The translations under genes and the position numbers were made by a program. DNA of 37,527 bases. Origin: Gemmatimonadota bacterium (GTDB lineage Bacteria > Gemmatimonadota > Gemmatimonadetes > Palauibacterales > Palauibacteraceae). This document shows positions 25,123 through 35,439 of this stretch, piece by piece. The notes beneath the pieces were generated by a model, which was not told where the DNA came from, searched no databases, and saw only the letters and a program-made list of their open reading frames with translations. The stretch covers positions 1 to 37,527 of the forward strand of contig JAKSCH010000050.1 in the NCBI GenBank assembly GCA_022360695.1, given 5' to 3'. Numbering within the stretch: the stretch's first letter is position 1; every line of letters starts with the position of its first letter.

Positions 25123-26331
25123 TTGAGGCGTATACAGCTGACAACCGCGGGCGAGTCGCACGGACCCGCGATCGTGTCGATCCTCGCCGGGATGCCGGCC
25201 GGTCTCCCCCTCGGCCCGGATGACGTGGCTCGCGAGCTCGTCCGACGGCAGGGCGGGCACGGCCGGGGTGGCCGGATGATGATCGAGGACGACGTGGGCG
25301 AGATCTTCGCCGGGGTCCGTCTCGGCCAGACGATCGGCGGTCCCATCGCGATCCGCATCCCGAACCGCGATTTCCGGAATTGGACCGAGGCGATGGCGGT
25401 CGAGGCGCCCCGGACGGAGGACGAGGAGCTGCTCCGCCGCGTCCACCTGCCGAGACCGGGGCACGCGGACCTGGTCGGGATGATCAAGTACGGGCGCGAC
25501 GACGCGCGCGACATCCTCGAGCGCGCGAGCGCGCGTGAGACCGCCGCACGGGTCGCCGCGGGGGCGATCGCGAAACGTCTCCTGGAGGAGTTCGGCGTCC
25601 GCGTGGAGAGTCACGTCGTGCGGATCGGGCCCGTCGCGGCGGATCCACCGCGCCGGCTCCCTGACGACATCGAGTCGACGGCCGATGCCTCTCCGGTTCG
25701 GTGTCTCGACGAAAGCGCGGCCGACCGAATGGTCGAGGCCATCGACGAGGCTCGGCGCGCGGGCGACTCGCTCGGGGGGGTGTTCGAGGTCGTAGCGCGT
25801 GGCCTTCCGGTCGGGCTGGGCAGCCACGTGAGCGGTGACTCGCGACTGGGAGGGCGGATCGCCGGGGCGCTCATGTCCATCCATGCGATGAAGGGCGTCG
25901 AGATCGGCATGGGATTCGAGGCGGCAGCTACGCTGGGCTCGGGTGTGCACGATGAGATCGAGCGCGATCCGAGCCGCGCGCGGACCGGCGGCTACCGACG
26001 TCGTCGCAACAACGCGGGTGGCCTGGAGGGCGGCATCACGACGGGGGAGCCGGTCGTGGCGCGCGTGGCCATGAAGCCGCTGAGCTCGCTCCGTCGGCCG
26101 CTCGACAGCGTCGACACGCGGACGGGGGAGCCGGCGAAGGCGATCCGCGAGCGGAGCGACGTCTGCGCGGTCCCGGCGGCGGCGATCGTGGGCGAGGCGA
26201 TGCTCGCGCTCGTGTTGGCGGATGCCTGGATCGAGAAGTTCGGCGGGGATTCCCTCGAAGAGATGCGCGCGAACTTCGACGCCTACCTCGCTCGTCTCGC
26301 GCCCCCGGAGACGGAGTCGCCCGAGGGGTGA
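25123..26331 (+). CDS. aroC: Chorismate synthase
   Basis: TAGESHGP, RRQGGHGRGGRM, PRPGHADL, ERASARETAARVAAG, NNAGGLEGG and ERSDVCAVP. Probable TTG start at 25123. Confidence 0.96.
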   Translation: MRRIQLTTAGESHGPAIVSILAGMPAGLPLGPDDVARELVRRQGGHGRGGRMMIEDDVGEIFAGVRLGQTIGGPIAIRIPNRDFRNWTEAMAVEAPRTEDEELLRRVHLPRPGHADLVGMIKYGRDDARDILERASARETAARVAAGAIAKRLLEEFGVRVESHVVRIGPVAADPPRRLPDDIESTADASPVRCLDESAADRMVEAIDEARRAGDSLGGVFEVVARGLPVGLGSHVSGDSRLGGRIAGALMSIHAMKGVEIGMGFEAAATLGSGVHDEIERDPSRARTGGYRRRRNNAGGLEGGITTGEPVVARVAMKPLSSLRRPLDSVDTRTGEPAKAIRERSDVCAVPAAAIVGEAMLALVLADAWIEKFGGDSLEEMRANFDAYLARLAPPETESPEG

Positions 26332-26849
26332 TCGAGGCCGTTCGTAGCGTGTGGCTGGTCGGCTTGTCGGGCTCCGGGAAGTCGACGACCGGTCCGCTGG
26401 TGGCCGATCGGATCGGGTTCGACTTCGTCGACCTCGATGCCCAGATCCAGCGGAAGACCGGCGAAACGATCCCTCAGATCTTCCGTACGGGCGGAGAGCC
26501 GCGGTTCCGCCGGCTGGAGGCCGCGGCGACGAGCGAGATCGCCACCCTGGCCGGCGTGGTCGTGGCGACGGGCGGAGGCTGGATGGCCCGGTCGGACGTG
26601 GAACGTGTCGGGGAGGGCCGCGTACGAGTTTGGTTGCGCGTCAGCCCGGAGGTCGCGATCCATCGGCTGGGCGACGGCGTCGGGAGCGGCCGACCGCTCC
26701 TCGACGCTCCGGACCCCGAGGCGGCGCTTACGGCGCTCTACCGGGCCCGAAAGCCGGCGTACGCCGAGGCGGAGCTGTCGGTCGAGACGGACGGTCGGTC
26801 GCCGGTTGAGGTTGCGGAGGAAGTCGTCCGGAGGTTAGAAGGGTGTTGA
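26328..26849 (+). CDS. aroK: Shikimate kinase
   Basis: GLSGSGKST, DLDAQI, GEPRFRRLE, VVATGGG and RPLL. The stop codon lies inside the left inverted repeat of the downstream element. Confidence 0.93.
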   Translation: MIEAVRSVWLVGLSGSGKSTTGPLVADRIGFDFVDLDAQIQRKTGETIPQIFRTGGEPRFRRLEAAATSEIATLAGVVVATGGGWMARSDVERVGEGRVRVWLRVSPEVAIHRLGDGVGSGRPLLDAPDPEAALTALYRARKPAYAEAELSVETDGRSPVEVAEEVVRRLEGC

Positions 26850-27136
26850 AGAAGTACGGCGGGTCGCGTTCCGAGCGCCACGGCCCCGGATCCGAGGCAG
26901 AACGGCGCAGGCATAGCCAAAGCTACGTCGAGCCGGTCGAACGACGGAGACGGGGCCGTGCCGCCGGAACCGGGCGGCACGGATGCCCGGGCAACGAGGT
27001 GAACGGCGCATGGGTGTCGCGGATTGATCCGTCGTCGTTCCTCCTCGCCGTAGCGCTGCTACGACTCGTCGTCTCTCCTTGCCTGAACCACGCGAGACCC
27101 ATGCGCGCGACCCGCCGTACTTCTTCAACACCCTTC
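26838..27136. mobile_element. 299-bp MITE-like element with perfect 31-bp terminal inverted repeats
   Basis: GAAGGGTGTTGAAGAAGTACGGCGGGTCGCG (26838-26868) and its exact reverse complement (27106-27136). It encloses two oppositely oriented structured cores and a hairpin GTGCCGCC/GGCGGCAC. No transposase and no clear target-site duplication. Confidence 0.8.
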
Positions 27137-27190
27137 GGGGAAGGCGCGGGCAAGACCATCACTCCTGAGCGGGAGATCGAGAAGAGCTAG

Positions 27191-29860
27191 ATGGATTTGG
27201 TGATCGTCGAGTCGCCGGCGAAGGCGCGGACATTGGAGGGGTATCTGGGATCCGGCTACCGAGTCGAGGCATCGGTGGGTCACGTCCGCGATCTGCCCAA
27301 GAGCGGATTGGGCGTGGACGTGGAGAGCGGGTTCGAGCCCGAGTACGTGACCATCGACGGCAAGGGGCCCGTGCTCAAGAAGCTGCGCACCGCCGCCAAG
27401 GAAGCGGAATCCGTGCTGCTCGCCACCGACCCCGATCGAGAAGGGGAGGCGATCGCCTACCACATCGCCGAAGTCTTGGGTGCGTCCAAGAAGGGCGCCG
27501 CGGAACGATTTCGGCGGATCACGTTCAACGAGATCACCAAGACCGCGGTTCTCGCCGCGCTCGAGACGCCCGGAGAGCTCGACCGGAATCGCATCGAGGC
27601 GCAGCAAGCGCGTCGTATCCTGGATCGTCTCGTAGGCTACAAGCTCTCGCCGCTTCTCTGGAAGAAGATCAGCCCCGGCTTGTCCGCCGGACGCGTGCAA
27701 TCGGTAGCGGTGCGGCTCCTCGTCGAGCGAGAACGGGAGCGTCGCGCGTTCCACAGCGCCTCGTTCTGGGATCTGCGGGCCCAGCTCGTCGCGGAAGGCC
27801 GAGAGTTCAGGGCGGATCTCACGGCGCTCGACGACGTCCCGGTGGCGACCGGTCGCGATTTCGACGAGCGGACCGGCGAGCTCAAGAAGGGGCGGCAGGT
27901 CGCGCTGCTCGACGAGGACGCCGCCAACGAGCTCCGCGATGCGCTCGTCGACGAGACGTTCCGCGTCCGTTCGCTCGAGGAGAAGAAGTCGAAACGGAGC
28001 CCGTACGCCCCGTTCACGACCGCCACGCTCCAGCAAGAGGCCAACCGCAAGCTGAACCTCGGAGCCCGCGAGACCATGCGGATCGCGCAGGGGCTGTACG
28101 AGGATGGACTCATCACCTATATGCGCACGGACTCGGTGCAGCTTTCGGAGGACGCGATCTCCGCGATCCGGACGCGCGTGGATGCCCGATACGGGGCCGA
28201 ATACCTGAGCCCGGAGCCCCGCCGGTTCCAGACCAAGTCGAAGAGCGCACAGGAGGCCCACGAGGCGATCCGACCGGCCGGGACCGAGATGCCCACCGCG
28301 AAGGAGCTCGGGCTCTCCAGCAAGCGTGCCGCGCTGTACGACCTCATCTGGAAACGTACGATCGCGACCCAGATGGCCGATGTCCGTCAACGGCACCTGA
28401 CGGCCCTGATCGAGGCCGGCGCAGCGCTGTTCCGCGCCACGGGGAAGGTGATCGAGTTCGCCGGCTTCTTCCGGGCCTACGTCGAGGGGTCCGACGACCC
28501 GACCGCGGCGCTCGAGGATCAAGAGGTCGTCCTCCCTGCGCTCGAGGAAGGTCAGGAGCTCGACTGCAAGGAGCTCGAGGCGCTTCACCACGAGACCAAG
28601 CCACCGGCGCGCTTCACGGATGCGACGCTGGTCAAGGAGCTGGAGGCGGATGGCATCGGTCGCCCGTCGACCTACGCCTCGATCATCTCGACGATCCTCG
28701 ACCGCGAGTACGCCGAACGGAAGAACAAGCAGCTCATTCCCACGTTCGTCGCCTTCGCCGTCACGGCCCTTCTCGAGCAGCACTTCCCGGATCTGGTCGA
28801 TACCGGCTTCACGGCGGACATGGAGGGATCGCTCGACGAGATCGCGCGCGGTCGCCAGGACTGGCGCACCTATCTGGGCGACTTCTACAGCGGTGACGAC
28901 GGGTTTGAGGCACGCGTCCTGGACCGCGAGGGCGCGATCGACCCGCGCGAGGCGTCGACGGTCACGCTTCGTGACCTGAGCCCGAGGATTCGGATCGGAC
29001 GCTACGGCCCGTTCCTGGAGCTGATCCGCGATGAGAACCGGATGACGGCGCCGCTCCCCGAGGGCGTCCCCCCGGCGGACTTGGCCGAGGCTGCGGCGAT
29101 CGAGATCCTGGAGCGCCGCGCCGAGGGGCCCGATCAGCTGGGGGTCGACCCCGAGACCGGTGAGCCGATCTATTTGATGACGGGTCGCTTCGGCCCCTAC
29201 GTACAGCGGGGCGAGATGGTCGAGGGCGGTGACAAGCCCAAGCGGGCCTCGATCCCCGAGAAGGTGCCGTACGACGACATGACGCTGGAGATCGCGCTCA
29301 AGCTGCTCGCGATGCCGGCGGAGCTCGGGACGCACCCGGCGGACGGCAAACCGGTCAAGGTCGGCATCGGACGCTACGGACCCTACGTCGTCCACGAAGG
29401 GGACTACCGCTCGCTCACCGAGACGGACGATCCCCTCACCGTGACCATCGACCGAGCGCTCGAGCTGCTCGCGATGCCGAAGCGCCGCGGTCGACGAGCG
29501 GCCGCGAAGCCCGTACGAGAGGTGGGGAAGCACCCGGACGACGATCAGCCGATCGGGCTCTACAACGGCCGCTACGGACCCTACGTCAAACACGGGAAAG
29601 TGAACGCGTCGCTCCCGAAGGGGATCGAGCCCGAAGACGTCACGGTTCCGATCGCGCTCGAGCTTTTGCAGAAGCGAATCGAGCGGGACGCCGCGAAGAA
29701 GGGCAAGAAGAGGACGACGACGAAAAAGAAGACGGCCAAGAAGACCACCGCCAAGAAGACCCCGAAGAAAGCCGCGTCCAAGACTACGCGCGCGACGTCG
29801 ACCGCCGAGAAACCCAGCGCGAAGAAGTCGAGCGGGGCCGAGAAGACGTCGAAGAAATGA
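27191..29860 (+). CDS. topA: DNA topoisomerase I
   Basis: LVIVESPAKA, GHVRDLP, ATDPDREGEAIA, SAGRVQS, ITYMRTDS, QEAHEAIRP and GIGRPSTYA, then four GR[YF]GP[YF] C-terminal repeats and a Lys-rich tail. Confidence 0.97.
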   Translation: MDLVIVESPAKARTLEGYLGSGYRVEASVGHVRDLPKSGLGVDVESGFEPEYVTIDGKGPVLKKLRTAAKEAESVLLATDPDREGEAIAYHIAEVLGASKKGAAERFRRITFNEITKTAVLAALETPGELDRNRIEAQQARRILDRLVGYKLSPLLWKKISPGLSAGRVQSVAVRLLVERERERRAFHSASFWDLRAQLVAEGREFRADLTALDDVPVATGRDFDERTGELKKGRQVALLDEDAANELRDALVDETFRVRSLEEKKSKRSPYAPFTTATLQQEANRKLNLGARETMRIAQGLYEDGLITYMRTDSVQLSEDAISAIRTRVDARYGAEYLSPEPRRFQTKSKSAQEAHEAIRPAGTEMPTAKELGLSSKRAALYDLIWKRTIATQMADVRQRHLTALIEAGAALFRATGKVIEFAGFFRAYVEGSDDPTAALEDQEVVLPALEEGQELDCKELEALHHETKPPARFTDATLVKELEADGIGRPSTYASIISTILDREYAERKNKQLIPTFVAFAVTALLEQHFPDLVDTGFTADMEGSLDEIARGRQDWRTYLGDFYSGDDGFEARVLDREGAIDPREASTVTLRDLSPRIRIGRYGPFLELIRDENRMTAPLPEGVPPADLAEAAAIEILERRAEGPDQLGVDPETGEPIYLMTGRFGPYVQRGEMVEGGDKPKRASIPEKVPYDDMTLEIALKLLAMPAELGTHPADGKPVKVGIGRYGPYVVHEGDYRSLTETDDPLTVTIDRALELLAMPKRRGRRAAAKPVREVGKHPDDDQPIGLYNGRYGPYVKHGKVNASLPKGIEPEDVTVPIALELLQKRIERDAAKKGKKRTTTKKKTAKKTTAKKTPKKAASKTTRATSTAEKPSAKKSSGAEKTSKK

Positions 29861-30810
29861 CGCGACACGTCGCACCCGCGGGCTCGCGGGGGCGAGCCGA
29901 AGTCGAGTGGCTGGAGGACTTCCTTCGGTACGCAGAGCGCGAGCGCCGTCTCTCCCCCAACACCGTCGCGGCGTACCGCCGCGACCTCGAGCAGCTCGCC
30001 GCGTTTCTCGCCAGCACCGAAGCGGTTGACGGGGGTCGGGACCCGATCTGGGCGCGCGTCGATCGGCTCGCGATCCGCGGGTTTCTCGGACAGCTCGAGA
30101 GCCGCGGTCTCGGGCGCGCGACAATCCAACGGAAGCTCGCGGCCGTCCGCGCGTTGTACGCGTTTCTCCATAGAACGGACCGCCTGACCTCGAACCCGGC
30201 GCGGCTCGTCCGCTCGCCGAAGCGGGAGCGATCGCTCCCGGGCTTCCTGGGGGAGGAAAAGGCACGCGAGCTGTTCGACCGGATCGGAGACGAGGCGGCG
30301 GCCTCCGAGGATCCGCTCGTCCTCCGTCGTTGGGCGCTGCTCGAGCTCCTGTACTCGTGCGGCCTTCGGTTGGGCGAGATCCACGGGCTCGACGTGGCGG
30401 ATGCCGATCTACACGACCGACAGGTGCGGGTGGTCGGCAAGGGCGCGAAGGAGCGGATCGTACCGCTCGGTGGCCGCGCGGCCGGCGCGATCGAGACATA
30501 TCTCGAGGCTCGCCCGTCCGTCGAGACGCGGGCCTTGTTCGTCTCCATGCGTGGAACTCGTCTATCGCGACGGCAGATCCAGCGCGACGTGACCGCCGCG
30601 CTCGCCGGCGTCGCCGACGGTGAACGGCTGACGGTCCACTCGCTGAGGCATACGTTCGCGACCCATCTGCTCGATCGGGGGGCGGACCTCGTGTCGGTCA
30701 AGGAGATGCTCGGGCATGCGAGCTTGAGCACGACCCGGATCTACACGCACACGTCCGTCGAACGGCTCAAGCGGGTGCACTCCCAGGCTCACCCGCGAGG
30801 AGGGGGATGA
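29857..30810 (+). CDS. xerC: Tyrosine recombinase XerC
   Basis: [40 protein letters not shown] and [14 protein letters not shown]. The topA-xerC-hslVU context is conserved in many bacteria. Confidence 0.9.
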   Translation: MTRHVAPAGSRGRAEVEWLEDFLRYAERERRLSPNTVAAYRRDLEQLAAFLASTEAVDGGRDPIWARVDRLAIRGFLGQLESRGLGRATIQRKLAAVRALYAFLHRTDRLTSNPARLVRSPKRERSLPGFLGEEKARELFDRIGDEAAASEDPLVLRRWALLELLYSCGLRLGEIHGLDVADADLHDRQVRVVGKGAKERIVPLGGRAAGAIETYLEARPSVETRALFVSMRGTRLSRRQIQRDVTAALAGVADGERLTVHSLRHTFATHLLDRGADLVSVKEMLGHASLSTTRIYTHTSVERLKRVHSQAHPRGGG

Positions 30811-31349
30811 TGGAACGGATCCGCGCCACGACGATCCTTTGCGTACGGAAGGGTGAGGACGTGGCCATGGCGGGTGATGGACAGGTGACGATGGGCGACA
30901 CCGTGGTCAAGGCGCGGGCGAGCAAGCTTCGCACGATGCGCGATGGGAAGATCCTGGCGGGGTTCGCGGGTGGCGTCGCCGACGCGCTCACGCTGTTCGA
31001 GAAATTCGAATCGCAGCTCGAACGACACCCCAAGAACCTGACACGCGCGGCCGTCGAGCTCGCCAAGGAATGGCGAAGCGATCGCTATCTTCGAAGGCTC
31101 GAGGCGCTGCTCGCGGTGGCGGACCGAGAGGCGAGCCTGCTGATCGCCGGCACGGGCGAAGTGATCGAGCCGGACGACGGGATCCTCGCGCTCGGCTCGG
31201 GCGGATCGTACGCGCTGGCGGCGGCCCGCGCCCTGTCACGACACACGGAGCTCACCGCGGCCGAGGTGGCCCGGCGGGGTCTGGAGATCGCGGCGGAGAT
31301 CTGCGTATACACGAATTCCGAGCTCACGCTGCTCGAACTGACGGAGTAG
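30810..31349 (+). CDS. hslV: ATP-dependent protease subunit HslV
   Basis: ATTIL catalytic Thr, [29 protein letters not shown] and ICVYTN. Start is at 30807 or 30810. Confidence 0.96.
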   Translation: MERIRATTILCVRKGEDVAMAGDGQVTMGDTVVKARASKLRTMRDGKILAGFAGGVADALTLFEKFESQLERHPKNLTRAAVELAKEWRSDRYLRRLEALLAVADREASLLIAGTGEVIEPDDGILALGSGGSYALAAARALSRHTELTAAEVARRGLEIAAEICVYTNSELTLLELTE

Positions 31350-31356
31350 GGACGTC

Positions 31357-32835
<1,479 letters not shown>

Positions 32836-32890
32836 CTTCGACCGACCGTCGATGAGCTCGACCTCGAACCTCCCACCACCAGGAGTAGGC

Positions 32891-33802
32891 ATGGATGCAG
32901 CGGGACACTTCCTCTCGATCGCCGACTGGTCGACGGAGCGACTCACGCAGGCGCTCGATCTGGCCGATCGCCTCAAGGCGGATCCGGCGAGCGCCGGGCG
33001 GCCGCTGGCCGGGAAGACGTTGGCGATGCTCTTCACGAAGAGCTCGACGCGAACCCGCGTCTCGTTCGAGGTCGGTGCGCACCAATTGGGCGGGCAGGCG
33101 CTGTTTTTATCGGCTCGCGACATCCAGCTCGGTCGGGGGGAGCCCATCGCCGATACCGCTCGAGTGCTGTCGCGCTACGTACACGGGATCATGATCCGCA
33201 CGTTCGACCAGGAAGACGTCGTCGCGCTGGCCGAGCACGGGACGATCCCGGTCATCAACGGTCTGACGGATCTCTTGCACCCCTGTCAGATCATGGCCGA
33301 CGTGCAGACGATTCGGGAGGAGTTCGGCCCCGATCTGTCGGGAGTCACCGTGGCCTGGATCGGCGACGGGAACAACATGGCGAACTCCTGGCTCAACGCG
33401 GCCGCGCGTCTCGGGTTTTCGCTACGTCTCGCGTGCCCGGAGGGCTACGAGCCGGATGCGGCGACGCTCGAGGCGGCGCGGGACGCGACGTCCGTCGAGC
33501 TCGTGCGCGATCCGGCGGAGGCCGCGGTCGGGGCCCGGGTCGTCACGACCGACGTGTGGGCCTCGATGGGGCAGGAGGAAGAGGCGGCCGAGCGGGCGCG
33601 GGCGTTCGACGGCTACCACGTCGACGCGGAGATCATGTCGAACGCGACCGAAGATGCGATCTTCCTCCATTGCCTCCCGGCGCACCGCGGCGAGGAGGTC
33701 GCCGCGGAGGTCATCGATGGCCCGGCGTCTCGCGTGTGGGATGAAGCCGAGAATCGACTCCACGCGCAAAAGGCGATCCTCGCCATGCTGATGGGCGGCT
33801 AG
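32891..33802 (+). CDS. argF: Ornithine carbamoyltransferase
   Basis: STRTRVSF, HPCQ, GDGNNM, DVWASMGQE, HCLP and EAENRLH. AGGAG RBS before the ATG at 32891. Confidence 0.95.
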   Translation: MDAAGHFLSIADWSTERLTQALDLADRLKADPASAGRPLAGKTLAMLFTKSSTRTRVSFEVGAHQLGGQALFLSARDIQLGRGEPIADTARVLSRYVHGIMIRTFDQEDVVALAEHGTIPVINGLTDLLHPCQIMADVQTIREEFGPDLSGVTVAWIGDGNNMANSWLNAAARLGFSLRLACPEGYEPDAATLEAARDATSVELVRDPAEAAVGARVVTTDVWASMGQEEEAAERARAFDGYHVDAEIMSNATEDAIFLHCLPAHRGEEVAAEVIDGPASRVWDEAENRLHAQKAILAMLMGG

Positions 33803-33826
33803 GTCCGGAGACCGAAAGGGATCGAG

Positions 33827-34930
33827 GTGAGCGCAGAGGAACTGAAGAAGACGGCGTTGTTCGACGAGCACGTCCGTCTCAACGGGAAGCTCGTGCCCTT
33901 CGCCGGCTACGCGATGCCGGTTCAATACCCGAGCGGCATCCGCGCCGAGCACCAGGCGGTCCGCGAGACCGCAGGGTTGTTCGACGTGTCGCACATGGGG
34001 GAGTTCCGGATCCGGGGAGCCGATGCGTTGTCCTTCGTCTCCTACGCGACCACGAACGATCCGGGACAGCTCGCGGTCGGCGACGCGCAGTACAGCGCCA
34101 TGTGTCACGAATCGGGTGGGGTGGTCGACGATCTCCTGGTGTATCGCCTGGGCGAAGCGGATATCCGGCTCGTCGTCAACGCGGCGAACATGGAGAAGGA
34201 CTGGGATCACTTGTCGGGCATCGCGTCCTCGTTCGATGTGACCATGGAGGACGAGAGCGACGCGATCGGGCTCATCGCCCTTCAAGGCCCCTCCGCGGAG
34301 CGTCTCCTGGCCCCGCTGACCGAAGGCACCGACCTGGCGAGCATCGGCTACTACACGTTTGTAGAAGGTCGGATCGGCGACGGAGAGGGGGTGATCAGCC
34401 GCACGGGATACACCGGCGAGGATGGGTTCGAGCTCTATCTGCCCGCCTCCGAAGCGACCGCGGCGTGGCGTGCGTTGGAGGATGCCGGCGCCGTCCCCGC
34501 GGGTCTCGGGGCGCGGGACTCGCTCCGTCTCGAGATGGGATACGCGCTCTACGGGAACGACATCGATGACGAGACGACGGCGCTCGAGGCGGGTCTCGGC
34601 TGGTTGGTCAAGCTCGACAAGGGCGAGTTCGTCGGTCGCGAGGCGCTCGCCGCTCAGAAGGCCGACGGGCTGACCAAGCGGTTGCGAGGCATCCGTCTGC
34701 TGGAGCGCGGGTTCCCTCGACCCGGATACGATGTTCGGTGGGAAGGCGAGGTCGTCGGCCGAGTCCGGAGCGGCACGGTCAGCCCGACGCTCGGGCACGG
34801 GATCGCCACGGCATATCTCCCGGCCTCCTCGACGTTCGGCGATTCGGTGGAGATCCTCATCCGGGACGACGCGATCCCGGGCGAGGTGGTGCGCCCTCCC
34901 TTCTACGACGGCGGCTCGCTCAAGCGATGA
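33827..34930 (+). CDS. gcvT: Glycine cleavage system aminomethyltransferase T
   Basis: [31 protein letters not shown] and [13 protein letters not shown]. Confidence 0.96.
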   Translation: MSAEELKKTALFDEHVRLNGKLVPFAGYAMPVQYPSGIRAEHQAVRETAGLFDVSHMGEFRIRGADALSFVSYATTNDPGQLAVGDAQYSAMCHESGGVVDDLLVYRLGEADIRLVVNAANMEKDWDHLSGIASSFDVTMEDESDAIGLIALQGPSAERLLAPLTEGTDLASIGYYTFVEGRIGDGEGVISRTGYTGEDGFELYLPASEATAAWRALEDAGAVPAGLGARDSLRLEMGYALYGNDIDDETTALEAGLGWLVKLDKGEFVGREALAAQKADGLTKRLRGIRLLERGFPRPGYDVRWEGEVVGRVRSGTVSPTLGHGIATAYLPASSTFGDSVEILIRDDAIPGEVVRPPFYDGGSLKR

Positions 34931-35439
34931 CGCGATCCCCCCGGGTGGCCGTCCTCACCGTGTCCGATGGCGTCGCCGCGGGCGCGCGCGAAGATCTCTC
35001 CGGAGCTGCCATCCGCGAGTGGTTGGGGGAGCAGGACTACGAGCTCGCGTCCGCGGCCGTCGTACCGGATGAAACGCTCGCGATCGGCTCGCACCTCGCG
35101 GCATGGGCCGATTCGGACGACGTCGATTGCGTGCTGACGACCGGTGGAACCGGGCTGGGACCGCGTGACGTGACCCCGGAGGCGACACGAGCCGTGATCG
35201 AGCGAGAAGCGCCCGGGATCGCGGAGGCGATCCGCACGGCCGGTGCCGCGAGCACGGTCTTCGCGCCGCTCGCTCGCGGACTGGCGGGGGTTCGAGGGAG
35301 CACGCTCATCGTGAATCTGCCCGGTAGTCCGGGCGGCGTAGCCGACGGACTCGAAGTCCTGGCGCCGTTGCTCGACCACGCGGTGGATCTGTTGCGCGGA
35401 AGCACCGAGCACGCGGCCTCCGGACCGGAGACGTCCTGA
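34927..35439 (+). CDS. mog: MogA/MoaB-family molybdopterin adenylyltransferase
   Basis: [34 protein letters not shown] and NLPGSP. ATGA overlap with gcvT. Confidence 0.88.
   Translation: MTRSPRVAVLTVSDGVAAGAREDLSGAAIREWLGEQDYELASAAVVPDETLAIGSHLAAWADSDDVDCVLTTGGTGLGPRDVTPEATRAVIEREAPGIAEAIRTAGAASTVFAPLARGLAGVRGSTLIVNLPGSPGGVADGLEVLAPLLDHAVDLLRGSTEHAASGPETS

Noticed and set aside
22699-25950. 1083-aa minus-strand ORF
   Set aside because: Antisense to pilP/pilQ/aroC, Arg-rich and low in information. It also runs across a clear plus-strand terminator.
6301-27080. Repeat cores as a CRISPR array, integron attC sites or tRNAs
   Set aside because: They are dispersed rather than regularly spaced, with no cas or intI genes, no RYYYAAC/GTTRRRY ends and no cloverleaf.
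26835-27190. Twin ORFs starting MLKKYGGSR on both strands
   Set aside because: By-product of the 31-bp inverted repeats. There is no protein-like composition, so the region is treated as a non-coding element.
27125-30499. 1124-aa minus-strand ORF
   Set aside because: Antisense shadow of topA/xerC.
29857-30810. Tyrosine recombinase as a mobile-element integrase or invertase for the nearby repeats
   Set aside because: Sequence and topA-xerC-hslVU context fit housekeeping XerC. I saw no dif-like or att sites, so there is no evidence linking it to the repeats.
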